A stretch of DNA of 63,768 nucleotides, the filler included, from Octopus bimaculoides (Eukaryota): NCBI RefSeq assembly GCF_001194135.2. It is 4 parts of 3 records of this genome, joined end to end, with 100 filler letters (N's around TTAATTAATTAA, not from the genome) between each part and the next. Parts side by side here need not be neighbours in the genome. Positions count along the whole stretch, not along the records: positions 1 to 26,513 come from NC_068990.1; positions 26,614 to 55,600 come from NC_068990.1; 2 more parts are not named here. One strand, given 5' to 3'. Positions 12,581 through 26,750 of the stretch are shown one piece after another; position 1 is the stretch's first letter; each line of letters opens with the position of its first letter. The translations under genes and the position numbers were made by a program. The notes below the pieces were generated by a model that was not told the DNA's origin, did no database searches, and worked only from the letters and a program-made list of their open reading frames with translations.

Positions 12581-13295
12581 TCTTCACATTTATCATTTCC
12601 TACAGTTTTCTGTCTTTGGTTGAAAGTCCAATCTTTTCCAGATTGGCAGTTAGACACTTTCTAAAATAATGAAGGACATCAATGATTAATGGTGCAGATG
12701 TAAATTTATAATCAAAATAGAGAAGATGCAGATTTCGAAGCAATTGTCCTTAAATATCCTCCTTATCCATCTTTTGTAAGAGATCTGTTAACCTCCAAGA
12801 CTACTTTTCTTTTCTCTTCCAAATAACTATGACAGATCCCCTATGGTAGAAGTTCCGATGGAAAGGCTCCACTAATATTTCTCCTGTTAATATGTATGTT
12901 CCATTACAGAAAGGCTGCTTTTTATTATTAATCTCATGACGGTTTTTCCTGCGGATAACATTGCATAGTGATTTACCAACAACATCTTTCTCACAGCAGG
13001 AGGTAGTGCCTCGATGACGCTTTGGGGAAGCAGCTGATTACATGCTTTATGTTCTCCACAGAATAGTGACGTAATCGATATTTGAGATCGTATCTTGGCA
13101 CTTTCGTTTCTCTATTAGATATTCCATAGAGATTTCAAGTGGAAAAGCGTAGCCTTCGGCATGTGACGTGATGTGACAGTCACGAGTCCACGAGTGGCTA
13201 CACTTCATGTTGGTATCAATCCCCCTCTTCAAATTTACGCGAAACATATCCGTACCCAAACTTTCGTGTGGTTATGCAAAGTGATTGCTTTTATA
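12581..13295 (-). mobile_element. Old R4-clade RLE retrotransposon fragment, lineage 1 (CATA-associated)
   Basis: Minus frames read SWTRDCHITSHAEGYAF...EYLIEKR, DVVGKSLCNVIRRK and EDI*GQLLRNLHLLYFDYKFTSAPLII...NLEKIGL, collinear with the 51075-52320 copy. The 3' end joins CATACATACATGC. Confidence 0.75.
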
Positions 13296-13482
13296 CTCCA
13301 CAAGAAGAGTGACACTCGTAACCCGAGGAGGAGACGAGAAACACCACAGCAATGGAGGGGGTACATCAACAGTTAATTCTATACTGATACGGCTAGAAAA
13401 GATTGATAAAAATAATATCGGTACCCAAATAGGTAGAAATGTTACGAACTTGCTTATTGTTGCAATATACATGATTATATGA

Positions 13483-13685
13483 AGGGTGCGAGTTGGCAGG
13501 ATCGTCAGCACGGCGGGCAAAATGTTTGGCGGCATTTCATCCGTCTTTACGATCTGAGTTCAAATTCCGCACAGGTCGATTTCGCCTTTTATCATTTTGG
13601 GAGTCGATAAAATATGTACCAGTTGCATACTGGGGTAGGATTATCCCCCCCCCCCTAGAATTACTGGCCTTGTGGCAAAGTTCCA
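13483..13685 (+). mobile_element. SINE family A (diverged)
   Basis: gagttggcaggatcgtcagcac...ctgagttcaaattccgc...ggccttgtggcaaag. Confidence 0.8.
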
Positions 13686-14548
13686 AAATCGATATATTTG
13701 ATTGTAGAAGATATTTCTTTATAAGTTCTGCTCAATCGGGGTTAAACAACAATAACAACAACAACAACAACAACAACAAGAGCAACAGCAACGATACGNN
13801 NNNNNNNNNNNNNNNNNNNNNNNNNNNNNNNNNNNNNNNNNNNNNNNNNNNNNNNNNNNNNNNNNNNNNNNNNNNNNNNNNNNNNNNNNNNNNNNNNNNN
13901 NNNNNNNNNNNNNNNNNNNNNNNNNNNNNNNNNNNNNNNNNNNNNNNNNNNNNNNNNNNNNNNNNNNNNNNNNNNNNNNNNNNNNNNNNNNNNNNNNNNN
14001 NNNNNNNNNNNNNNNNNNNNNNNNNNNNNNNNNNNNNNNNNNNNNNNNNNNNNNNNNNNNNNNNNNNNNNNNNNNNNNNNNNNNNNNNNNNNNNNNNNNN
14101 NNNNNNNNNNNNNNNNNNNNNNNNNNNNNNNNNNNNNNNNNNNNNNNNNNNNNNNNNNNNNNNNNNNNNNNNNNNNNNNNNNNNNNNNNNNNNNNNNNNN
14201 NNNNNNNNNNNNNNNNNNNNNNNNNNNNNNNNNNNNNNNNNNNNNNNNNNNNNNNNNNNNNNNNNNNNNNNNNNNNNNNNNNNNNNNNNNNNNNNNNNNN
14301 NNNNNNNNNNNNNNNNNNNNNNNNNNNNNNNNNNNNNNNNNNNNNNNNNNNNNNNNNNNNNNNNNNNNNNNNNNNNNNNNNNNNNNNNNNNNNNNNNNNN
14401 NNNNNNNNNNNNNNNNNNNNNNNNNNNNNNNNNNNNNNNNNNNNNNNNNNNNNNNNNNNNNNNNNNNNNNNNNNNNNNNNNNNNNNNNNNNNNNNNNNNN
14501 NNNNNNNNNNNNNNNNNNNNNNNNTAAATATATATATATATACATGTT

Positions 14549-14589
<41 letters not shown>

Positions 14590-15895
14590 GTATATATGTA
14601 TATATATATGTATATATATATATGTATATAATGTGTATAATATATATGTATAAATATCTACTTACAAACATACATACCTATATATATATGCATACACATA
14701 TATATGTGCGGACGAAACATTCGGAATACGCTTAGACGTGGTGTCACTAAAGGAATCTAAAAGCCAACACAAACACCCGTGTACGAACATACACATGTGC
14801 AAAAACACACACACACACACGCATAGATACACACTCACACACGCACACACACATATACACACTAAAACACTGGTTCAGAAGTCCGATTATCCATTTTGTT
14901 ACGCTGTCGCCATAGAAGTGAGTAATCCATGTAGAAATTCTATATATTATACCGTAAGTTCCAATACATCATGTCTAGCATCCTATCCCATGTGACATGC
15001 TCTCCTCATCTATTGTTCACCGTGGGAACAGAGCTAAATATTAATCTTCAGCAGCACATGGAACCTGAACAAAGTTTCATTCATTCGTTCAATGCCATTT
15101 TGTTTAAAGATTAGCTGAAGTTGTAGATTTTTCATTTGTTTTAGAAGTACTTTTGTTAAAATGACATAATCAAGGAAGATGGGGCTGTGTCCACGACCTT
15201 AAAGCGCCAAATTCACCGTGTGTTAGGTAAATAAACCCAGGATAAACATAAACCTGGCAGTTTACAATTATTTATCCACGACGGACTTAAGATATTCCGA
15301 ATAGAATTGTTGATAACTTAAACTAAGAGTTAAGTGGGAGAGCAGCGTATGGCACAGTTATATATTGTCCATTAAAAAAACTTAACATTCTCCGTATTCT
15401 TTATATTTCACCCTAATTTTGCTGCGTCTTTATAGCCATTTAAAATTGTCAATTTGAAAAGTTGATAGTAAGTCTGCATCAAATTTTCCTTTACCGCTTC
15501 TATTCTTTTTATAAAGTATTTTTCGTTATCTTGTAATATTGCTATACAATTACCTGATTTGATGGAATTATCAAATGTACTGAATATCAATTAAAAAGAA
15601 AATTACGGTACCTTCAAAAACCACCAGCTTACTACACAAGTGGCAATGTGTAACATGAGTAAACACTTTATAGAGCAAAACCAAATTGTGACAAACTAAT
15701 TGCTTTATTTTGTGCGCGCTAATAAAGCAGCAAGATGAAAGAACGTTCAAATTTAAGCGTTAAATTCAGGAGCACGACCAAGGAAAAAAGATGGCTGAAT
15801 TTCTTTGCCATTTTGTCCGTTAAATTGTTGCAATATTTAAACGCGTTACATCGAGGTTTTGTTCGCACAGGAAACGGAAGGCAAGATTGTACTAC

Positions 15896-15946
<51 letters not shown>

Positions 15947-16357
15947 CATAAATATACACATTGATGCAGTAGTTAAGTATAACTTTTTTTCTGTTATTAT
16001 CTCTAAACTCGCACAGATAGATATGAAGCCTGACGGAGTTAGTACGAAAGCTTACGTAACTGATTATTGTTGCTTGTATTGTTTCTGTATGTATGTATGT
16101 ATGTATGTATGTATGTATGTTATATATAGCTTAGATTTTATCTACTTCATTCCATAATTTTGGATTTCTATTCGCATACACAGCAAACCGTAAGCCATAA
16201 AATAATTTTTTCAGCTTATCGAACTTCGATACGGGAAAAATGTACAACCTTCTACGTCAATAAACAACTATTGTTCCTGAAAGTTGATTTCTTTTTATAC
16301 CTTCTACGGACTGCTTGAAACTTACTGTCTTCCTACACCTTGATCCATGGGTCTTAC

Positions 16358-16414
<57 letters not shown>

Positions 16415-17385
16415 TGTACGTATTTACGCATTTAAGAAGTTGACTGTGAGATCTATGTTTCGCCAATACTGGTCCATCAATTTTGATACAAAATCTAAGT
16501 TAAGGTTGTGTAAATACATAGGGGGGGGGAGCGTAGAAGCGTAGAAGCGCAGAGGCATAGAAGCACAGAGCAGAAGCGTAGGAGCATAGAAGTGTAGAAG
16601 AGCAGAAGTATTATAAGTAATAGAGTAGAATATTTCTGGAAGGATGAAAACAGGCCAATAGATGAATAGAAATAACCGGGTATGGTTGAAGTCAATATCT
16701 GATGAAAGAGAAGTGAAGAAAGAAAATCCTAATATTGGGTGTAAGTTAGATCAATAATATCATGTGCATATATACATAGGGAATGTATAATATAAGTATG
16801 GTTAATGGATTGTTTTGACGGTGAGAAAAGATACGAGAGACAAGGTAACTAGAATATGGAATCCTAAAACCAGTAAAGTTCATGAATATTGTAATGCAAT
16901 ATATATGAGGTGTTACAAAGTTGATATTGACTAGAATGAAATCTAGATGTATAAGAAAATGAAAATTTTTATCTGGAATATAAAAAGCAGTTATATGTAT
17001 GTGAGAAATTCGAAAACTATATAAGGTGAATTTTTCTTACTAGAATTAGTTCATGGATTATAAAAAAAAACACACAATTTTTGTCGTGCAATGAAAGAAA
17101 AATGTTATATACATATGTAGTAGTAATTCGAAAGGATATAAAAGGGTGAACAAGTAGATTTTTGAATAAACCATCAATATCCTCTAATATACAGAAAAGA
17201 AGTGTATGCATGTGTGTGCATACATAAACCACCATCACATATACACAGATATATGCATGCATATGTTTACTATTGGATGTATGCAGATGCATACATACAC
17301 ACATATATAGACACATGAGATGCACTGAATTTATACCCCCCCCCATATATATACGTACATGTACCTGACATACATTGAATATGTA

Positions 17386-17456
<71 letters not shown>

Positions 17457-18177
17457 GACATTTTGACATTCATACCTTTCCATCAATGTCATTAATTTAT
17501 ATTTCTCTTTTTTTTTTTACCATGTTTGTTTCTATTCATATAAAAACTTATTTGAAGCTGGCGAGGTCGAATCTAATCGGAGTATCCTGCTTCCGTTCTT
17601 GACAATTGCAGTACGTTTCAATAATATCGGTTGTGAATGCATGAGATATGCGTCACTTGCCGCAGTGCTCCTCTGTGACCCCAGCAGAGTAAATGAATAA
17701 CAGAGTGTTGCAAAAGCATGCAGAGCTCCCGTTTCTTCTCTGTTCTCGACTCTGGACTGTCTTTCCCCTCTCAAATCTTTTCGGTTGTGAATTGCTATCT
17801 TTGCTTCTGTAATTTTGCCTTTTAAAAATGAGTTTGCGTAGTGCCAACATATCTACCTATAGGGGTGTTGCTCCTACGTGAATCCATTTTTACATGTGGG
17901 AAGAAGTACTCTATATTATTATGGCCTCTATCCATAGACTTTACGAGGAGCTTAAGCTCCACTGGCACAACTCTCAGGGTCATTGAGGCACACAAGCCGT
18001 CACACCACAGCAAGAACAGGACCTTGTGATGGTGACAGTAAACAGACCAACAATAAAATGTCAGTAAGACAATATGCAGAGAAAAATCGCTCACAGGACC
18101 GAATGCCATTAACATAAATTCACACACGACAAACAGAAGACAGCAGGATAGTCAACACTAAAAATATTAACATCGTC

Positions 18178-18410
18178 TGTTCAAATTCCGCCGAGGTCGA
18201 CTTTGACTTACATCCTTTCGGGGTCGTTAAATTAAGTACCAGTTGCGTACTGGGGTCGATCTAATCGACTGGCCCCCTCACCAAAAAATTCGGGCCTTGT
18301 ACCTAGAGTACAAAAGAATAAAAACACTAACATCGGCTGTCTTTACATTTTGAGTTCAAATTCCGCCGAGGTCGACTTTGACTTACATCCTTTCGGGGTC
18401 GTTAAATTAA
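18178..18410 (+). mobile_element. SINE family A, 5'-truncated copy plus a partial repeat running into a gap
   Basis: tcaaattccgccgaggtcgactttgacttacatcctttcggggtcgttaaattaa occurs twice. Confidence 0.8.
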
Positions 18411-19182
18411 NNNNNNNNNNNNNNNNNNNNNNNNNNNNNNNNNNNNNNNNNNNNNNNNNNNNNNNNNNNNNNNNNNNNNNNNNNNNNNNNNNNNNNNNNN
18501 NNNNNNNNNNNNNNNNNNNNNNNNNNNNNNNNNNNNNNNNNNNNNNNNNNNNNNNNNNNNNNNNNNNNNNNNNNNNNNNNNNNNNNNNNNNNNNNNNNNN
18601 NNNNNNNNNNNNNNNNNNNNNNNNNNNNNNNNNNNNNNNNNNNNNNNNNNNNNNNNNNNNNNNNNNNNNNNNNNNNNNNNNNNNNNNNNNNNNNNNNNNN
18701 NNNNNNNNNNNNNNNNNNNNNNNNNNNNNNNNNNNNNNNNNNNNNNNNNNNNNNNNNNNNNNNNNNNNNNNNNNNNNNNNNNNNNNNNNNNNNNNNNNNN
18801 NNNNNNNNNNNNNNNNNNNNNNNNNNNNNNNNNNNNNNNNNNNNNNNNNNNNNNNNNNNNNNNNNNNNNNNNNNNNNNNNNNNNNNNNNNNNNNNNNNNN
18901 NNNNNNNNNNNNNNNNNNNNNNNNNNNNNNNNNNNNNNNNNNNNNNNNNNNNNNNNNNNNNNNNNNNNNNNNNNNNNNNNNNNNNNNNNNNNNNNNNNNN
19001 NNNNNNNNNNNNNNNNNNNNNNNNNNNNNNNNNNNNNNNNNNNNNNNNNNNNNNNNNNNNNNNNNNNNNNNNNNNNNNNNNNNNNNNNNNNNNNNNNNNN
19101 NNNNNNNNNNNNNNNNNNNNNNNNNNNNNNNNNNNNNNNNNNNNNNNNNNNNNNNNNNNNNNNNNNNNNNNNNNNNNNNNNN

Positions 19183-19220
<38 letters not shown>

Positions 19221-19242
19221 GTTGTTGTTGCTGCTGTTGCTG

Positions 19243-19297
<55 letters not shown>

Positions 19298-19546
19298 CAT
19301 AATCCTATTTCTAATTTACTTTCGCAATCTCACAGCTTTTTAATTATTTTATTCAAATTAGTTGTTACTGTGTTGTCTCCAATCACATCTGAGCGAACAT
19401 AATTTTCTTTTTCCTTAAGGTGCGTGAGTCAGTGGGACTCATGATCGTAACGTTGTGGGTTCGATTCCCCAGAACGGGTTGCGGGGGCGAGTTGTTGTAT
19501 CCTTGAATAAGGCATTTCATTTTACACCGTTCCAAATTGCAAAGCT

Positions 19547-19716
19547 CAGTGACGTAGTTAGCTTGTGTGTTGCCCTGGGCAACCCCTAATTTCGAAGCCC
19601 CCTTCCCCGCCGCACATACACTTATACAGCCTTCTACAGAAGACTCCAAATCAGATCCCCATAAAGGGACCACCTGGGATGGACTGCCCCTCTCACCTCC
19701 ATTAGCTACGCTACTG
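19547..19716. mobile_element. hAT-type MITE inserted into a decayed family C1 SINE head (about 19415-19546)
   Basis: Imperfect TIRs CAGTGACGTAGTTAG and (reverse complement) CAGTAGCGTAGCTAA. The 8-bp flanks gcaaagct and gctaaacg match at only 5 of 8 positions. Confidence 0.5.
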
Positions 19717-19793
19717 GCTAAACGGAAGAAGAAAAATACCATCCAAGTACAGATGGACACCGTTTCCTCTACAATTCTCACATCTCTAAATCT

Positions 19794-20204
19794 AGGAGTC
19801 GCTGTGTGGTAAGTAGCTTGCTTACCAACCACATGGTTCTGGGTTCAGTCCCACTGCGTGGCACCTTGGGCAAGTGTCTTCTACTATAGCTTCGGGCGAA
19901 CCAAAGCCTTGTAAGTGGATTTGGTAGACGGAAACTGAAAGAAGCACGTCGTATATATGTATATATGTGTATGTATATGTGTGTGTATATATATGTTTGT
20001 GTGTCTGTGTTTGTCCCCCAACGTCGTTTGACAACCGATGCCGGTGTGTTTACGTCCCCGTAACTTAGCGCTTCGGCAAAAGAAACCGATAGAATAAGTA
20101 CTAGGCTTACAAAGAATAACTCCTGGGATCAATTTCTTCGACTAAAAGCGGTGCTCCAGCATGGCCGCAGTCAAATGACTGAAACAAGTAAAAGCGTAAA
20201 AGAG
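19794..20204 (+). mobile_element. SINE family B, near full length
   Basis: Head, CORE-like segment, internal (TA/TG) microsatellite and tail gactgaaacaagtaaaag are all present. Confidence 0.9.
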
Positions 20205-21251
20205 TGGATCTGTCAAAAGCGGGGTATACTTGCAATTACTGAGACAGCATCTTAAACAGTTAACGAAGAGCACAATGCAGGCTATTAAGTCACACTCGCT
20301 TGCGAGTAACCTCTGTGGTTATTCAACTTATTCTAATAATGATATTTTCTGTATGTTGTATGTATAAGTCACGAGAAAATCGTTATATCGTTTGTCTATT
20401 TGCTTTTTTTATAACCTACCCAACGGACCTATTATTAACAAGATGTGTTTTGTTTTCCATTCTTAAATTCTACTGAAATCTATTTCCAGATATTTATACT
20501 TGGATACTTTCCCCATTACTTTTAGCGATACATTATCGTATGTTAGGATTAATAGTTCGATCAGGAAGTACTTCCTTTATTGATGGTCCTTGACACTAAT
20601 ATCCGGTCGATATTTCTTTAATCTTATTGTCTGAAAAGATTCGCATCATATACCTGAGTATGATGACTGTGTCATTATCTGAGACAATTTCTAGTGAATA
20701 TTTATACATTTTCTGTTGGCACATTTTATAATTGGCATAGTTTCTTCTGTATGAAAGACCCCAACACTGTCATCTCTTATCGCTATCCTTCTCTCTCTGT
20801 CTCTCTCTGTCTCTGTCTGTCTGTCTGTCTCTCTATATATAATATATGCACGTACGTATATATAATATATAATATAAATATATATCCATATACACACACA
20901 CGCACACATACAATCTCTCGGTTCTTATGGTTCTTCGATTTGTATGGTTTTAATTTAAACACATTATTTTCATTGAATTTTTCTCTTCTTTACGTATGTA
21001 TTTTAGAAATACCACTTCATCGTTATGGCTTTTGATTTTCCATTTTCCCTCCATTTTAATTTCATTTCGTTTCTAAGATTGCCAGATAAACCCCGTACAA
21101 ATTTAGACCCAACGGTAATTAACAAGAAACAGTTTGCTAAATATTTTCGAGATTGAATATTAGATTCAAGAATTGCATTTCTCTAGAATTTGTGCCACAA
21201 TTACTTAATGAATACAATATATCACATGCTTTATAGTAAATAAATTATATG

Positions 21252-22817
21252 TAGGTGCAGTCGTGGCTGTAATGGATAAGAAGCTAGCAGTTGCAACGAC
21301 GTGGTTTCACGTTCAAACAATGCGCAGGGCATTCGTCTAAACTTCTATATATCTTCAACGAAACCGTACGAGTGGATTTGCTAGCTGGAAACTTTATGGA
21401 AATCTGTCGTATACATACACACACACACACACACACATATATATATTTTTACTTGTTTCAGTCATTTGACTGTGGCCATGCTGGAGCACCGCCTTTTGGT
21501 CGAGTAAATCGACCCCAGGACTTATTCTTTCGATGCCTAGTACTTATTTTATCGGTCTCTTTTTGCCGAAACGCTAAGTTATGGGGACGTAAANNNNNNN
21601 NNNNNNNNNNNNNNNNNNNNNNNNNNNNNNNNNNNNNNNNNNNNNNNNNNNNNNNNNNNNNNNNNNNNNNNNNNNNNNNNNNNNNNNNNNNNNNNNNNNN
21701 NNNNNNNNNNNNNNNNNNNNNNNNNNNNNNNNNNNNNNNNNNNNNNNNNNNNNNNNNNNNNNNNNNNNNNNNNNNNNNNNNNNNNNNNNNNNNNNNNNNN
21801 NNNNNNNNNNNNNNNNNNNNNNNNNNNNNNNNNNNNNNNNNNNNNNNNNNNNNNNNNNNNNNNNNNNNNNNNNNNNNNNNNNNNNNNNNNNNNNNNNNNN
21901 NNNNNNNNNNNNNNNNNNNNNNNNNNNNNNNNNNNNNNNNNNNNNNNNNNNNNNNNNNNNNNNNNNNNNNNNNNNNNNNNNNNNNNNNNNNNNNNNNNNN
22001 NNNNNNNNNNNNNNNNNNNNNNNNNNNNNNNNNNNNNNNNNNNNNNNNNNNNNNNNNNNNNNNNNNNNNNNNNNNNNNNNNNNNNNNNNNNNNNNNNNNN
22101 NNNNNNNNNNNNNNNNNNNNNNNNNNNNNNNNNNNNNNNNNNNNNNNNNNNNNNNNNNNNNNNNNNNNNNNNNNNNNNNNNNNNNNNNNNNNNNNNNNNN
22201 NNNNNNNNNNNNNNNNNNNNNNNNNNNNNNNNNNNNNNNNNNNNNNNNNNNNNNNNNNNNNNNNNNNNNNNNNNNNNNNNNNNNNNNNNNNNNNNNNNNN
22301 NNNNNNNNNNNNNNNNNNNNNNNNNNNNNNNNNNNNNNNNNNNNNNNNNNNNNNNNNNNNNNNNNNNNNNNNNNNNNNNNNNNNNNNNNNNNNNNNNNNN
22401 NNNNNNNNNNNNNNNNNNNNNNNNNNNNNNNNNNNNNNNNNNNNNNNNNNNNNNNNNNNNNNNNNNNNNNNNNNNNNNNNNNNNNNNNNNNNNNNNNNNN
22501 NNNNNNNNNNNNNNNNNNNNNNNNNNNNNNNNNNNNNNNNNNNNNNNNNNNNNNNNNNNNNNNNNNNNNNTATATATATATATAAAATATATATAAAATA
22601 TATATCTTTTATCTTTTACTTGTTTCAGGCTTTACATTGCGGCCATGTTGTGGCAGCGTCTTGAAGAATTTTATGTCGATGGAAACGACCATAGTACTTT
22701 ATCTAAGCTTGGTACTTATTCTATCAGTTCTTTTGTCGAACGGCTAAGTTATGGGGACGTAAACACACTGACACCGGTTAAACAGTGGGGGACAAAAGCA
22801 GACAAACAGACACACAC

Positions 22818-22864
<47 letters not shown>

Positions 22865-23005
22865 TACTTCACGGGTTCTTTTAGTTACCTTCTGCCTTAT
22901 CAGTTCACTAACAGTTACGCCTTGGGATCGATGTAATCGACTTAATCCCTTTGTCTGTTCTTGCATGTCTCTTCTATGTTTAGCCCCCGGTGGGCAATAA
23001 AGAAA
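21252..23005. mobile_element. Patchwork of SINE fragments around a gap
   Basis: Decayed B head (+) at 21252-21410, B tails (-) at 21448-21593 and 22615-22800, and an A tail (+) at 22920-23005. Confidence 0.7.
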
Positions 23006-23922
23006 TAGATATCAATATAAACGGTGTTGGTTTTTGTCCATCCACTTAAATTAACATTTTGGCATAAGAAACCAATAGAATAAATGTTAGTCCCCAAAAA
23101 TAAATACAGGGATCGATTTGTTGAACTGAAACTCTTCAAGGTCGCAATCGGAGTACGGAAATAAGCAGAAGATAAAAGGTGGAAAACAATACTGACGAAA
23201 CGGGTCCCTTTGGAAAGAAAACGTTTGAATGAATTTTAAAAATCGACAGAACGAAATACCGTTCAAAAATACAAAATATCTTAACATCGAATGACAACGT
23301 TGTTATGCTGTAATGCATTATGTAACTATTTCTGAACGTCTTGGCTTTGATACAGAGTGACAGAACGTAAAAAAATATCGGATCTTTGTTCCAATTTCAA
23401 TCATTGTTTAAATTTGGTTTGTGTATTTCTTTGTAATTTATAAAAAAAAAAAGAAAACAAAACAAAAAAGCCCGAACATTATTCGATTTTCGAAGTTTTG
23501 ATTCGATTAACATGGAAACTCATGGAACCCTTCAACTGTCTAACTGTTTGACTGTCTGTCTGTGTATCTATATCCTCTTTCTCTCTCACACACACAGACA
23601 CACTCACACTCACAAACACACACATGCATACATATATACATGCATATATATATATATATATATGTATACACACACGCATACTTTGGTTAGGCATGAGCAA
23701 CCAGAGACAATATGCTTAATCCACAAGTTCTTTAACTTGTGGTTCTTCATGTTGTTTTATGGAAATCATTGTTATTGTAATTAAAAACGTTGCCATTTTC
23801 TCCTTCTCCTCATCCTCCTCATCTGCTTCAGCCGTCCTCATCAGCATTGTAGTCACCAGCCTTTGACATTGGCAGATCTGAGAGAGAGGAGCTATCGCAA
23901 CGCGTCAGCTGCATTTGTTTCT

Positions 23923-23980
<58 letters not shown>

Positions 23981-25456
23981 CTGTGCGTTTACAAATGAAT
24001 GCCTTTACAGCGACGTTGTTTATCAGCGAATGTTCAGCTTCATATATACTGGAATCTAAATAACAAACTGTGAAATATGTGTTCGGCAATGACTGAGAGA
24101 GTAGTGGGTGGCGGTGGTGGTGGTGGTAGTGGTGGTTTCTTGTGATGTTTGTCGCTGACTAAATCGATAATTCTAGAAGCTTTGTGTGTATGCATGAGAG
24201 AGAGGGGGTAAGAACAAGAAAGACAAAATGAAGAGAGAACTAGGATGAGAGAAAAGGAAAGGGGAGAAAGAATGAGAGGATAGGAAGAAAGTATAAGAAA
24301 GATGGGGGAACGAGGATAGGGCTAGAGTTTAGCGACGAATCAGGCAATATGCTACCAAGTTTTGGTAAATGCTATCTTGGATGTTCCATTTTCATTCATG
24401 TTGAATTCTTTAGCAGAAAAAATAAAACTAACGAAACTGCTGGATGAAATAAATAATACACAGTTAAATAATAGAAAAAGATTAAATAAATAAAACAAAA
24501 CAAGAATAAAAGTCGTTTGGATTGTTTAAGAAGTTTTATTTTTCGGGAAAATATCTCTTCTGTTCGACTTTCATCCCTTTGTCTCTTTCTTGTGTTTCTT
24601 AAATTCACTAAGGCTTATCAAATTATCGATTAACTTTAACTGATTCCTTCTTTTTGTATAACGTCTTTCAATTCAACCTCAGTTTAGTTTATCGTTTCAA
24701 TTGTGCAGACGACAGAACTTCAATGAGCGACATTATGTGTGATTTTTTTATCTTCTCTTTTTTTCTCTCTTAGTCTAAAAGAGATACAGTAATTTCTTTT
24801 GTGTGTAATTCTCTTTAGTCAGTCGGTCTCTTGTTCACTAAAGAAATTGATTTTATTTAATAAGGTACCACATGAAATTTTATAGCAGCAGAGGGTGTAT
24901 AGTCAATTGAATAAACTGAAGTTTTCCGGAATTACTTTCATATATATCGTCAACACAGGTGCGATTCGAACAAGGAGGTAGATTAACCAGAGAACTACAT
25001 ATATATATATATATGTATGTATGTATATACTGCGTTAAATTAAGAAACGGTAACGAGTGAAACATTCTGTAAATAATAATGATTATCATCTTGAAGCTTA
25101 TTAGCGTTCACCGTGTATGACTAAAGAAAATAGTCTAATATTGGGGCATATAACCCTCGACGGAAACAAGTGGGTATTAGTACGCGTGAGAATCGAACCT
25201 ACACCTCTTAAAATGCTACAAAAAACATGAAGATGAGGTAAAAGAAGCAAAGAATAAGGGTGTATATGGTTCAATCCTTTTGTTTGTCCTTGATTGTCTC
25301 CTCTATGTTTAGCCCCTTGTGAGCAATAAAGAAATAAGTTTTATCGAACTAATTATGGTAATGATGAATTCACTGACTTGCAAAATAAGTTCAAATCCTT
25401 TCTTTCTAGTAAAGTAATTTGCATAGACCAGGGCTTCATTCTTTTCTATATCTTAG

Positions 25457-25860
25457 TCAGAAGAGAAAGGACAACGCCTAAGATCATATAAAGGACTACT
25501 AAATCTCCTGGTGGTAAGGAAGAGATCTGACATGAATGCTTTCAATAGGATGGACTCTGTTAAAACCATCCAAGGAATAGATGTGATTTTAAATCGAGAA
25601 ATGGATAAGTCCACTACCCAATCGCTAGCACAGTTTACACGGTGCTTCTTCTTTTTAGGACGCAATTGTAAATGATTTTAAAGCAAAAAGAAAATAATAA
25701 ACTTTTTAATGGACGGTGTTCTCGAATCCTACATTCGATGAAACTTGAGCCTCAGTTTCTCAATCCTAGCCTTATTTATTTGTCAATAGTATTAACCTTT
25801 AATTCTCCCCACATAACATCACAACCAGCTGTCTCAGCCATTGAAGAAATTACAGATACA
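25457..25860 (+). pseudogene. Possible highly decayed Penelope-like RT remnant
   Basis: LLVVRKRSDMNAFNRMDSVKTIQGIDVILN loosely resembles the PLE motif I.IRKADKGN..V.MD...Y..K...IL, and QPAVSAI resembles RPIVS.I. This is weak similarity by eye only. Confidence 0.3.
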
Positions 25861-26513
25861 GTGTGAGACACCAAAAAGAGTTTCATGTAATCACTACGAA
25901 CCGATGTTATGATAGATATTTCAATTCAAAGAATAAAATTTTGCCTTGTCTTACACGAATTTCGCTCTTAAACTTCATTTATTATTATTGTTTTTACCAA
26001 AATCATTATTTACCGAAAGCCATTTTTTCCCCCACAAAAAGAAAAAAAGATCAAGCATGTTTATCAAAAACTAAACACCTTTTTTTCTTTCAACGTTTGC
26101 TTCATTTCACAAGTCTTGTGTTCAAGTTTGATTGAAACAACATAAATCACTTTCTTGGTATTTTTTTTTCTTTTTATAGATGACTGAAAGCAAAAAAAAA
26201 AAAAAATGTCAATAATCTGTCATCAAACAGTATAATGTTTATTTTCGAGAAAGTTACCATTAGTTTTGTATACTTTCGCTATTATTTTTAACGCCTCCTT
26301 TTGATGTTGGGTCTGCTAGGAAGAGAATAAGAACATATATATTTCAGGACTGCAAATAGATAGACGTTGAGCAAACACTCTGAATGTTAAAAGCATTAGA
26401 CAGTATCGTAGAGGATTCTGGGTAAATATACCTAATATGACACAAGCATAGACGCTACGCACAGCGACAAAAGGATACAGTAGGGAAGAGGGCAAATGGT
26501 ACACTAGAGGTAT

Positions 26514-26613
26514 NNNNNNNNNNNNNNNNNNNNNNNNNNNNNNNNNNNNNNNNNNNNTTAATTAATTAANNNNNNNNNNNNNNNNNNNNNNNNNNNNNNN
26601 NNNNNNNNNNNNN
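26514..26613. other. Artificial 100-bp contig spacer N44-TTAATTAATTAA-N44
   Basis: An identical 44+12+44 layout occurs at 55601-55700 and 62668-62767. The 12-mer puts stop codons in all six frames. Confidence 0.95.
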
Positions 26614-26750
26614 GTTTTAAGTAATTGAACATCCCTATAGTCACTATGTATGTGTGTACATCCAGTACGCAGTGTTCGTTATCTTGTTCTAATTCTAATT
26701 TTTTATTCTTTTTCCATACTTTTTAGATGTGATGAACTAAGCAATACAAA

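Noticed and set aside
17947-17960. Perfect 14-bp palindrome GGAGCTTAAGCTCC, and a 9-bp GC hairpin at 39621-39645
   Set aside because: Isolated short palindromes with no supporting context are plausible by chance in 64 kb.
25457-25513. 57-nt plus-strand exon with ttag|...|gtaagg boundaries
   Set aside because: The frame continues past the donor with PLE-RT-like similarity, and chance splice-like signals are common in this composition.
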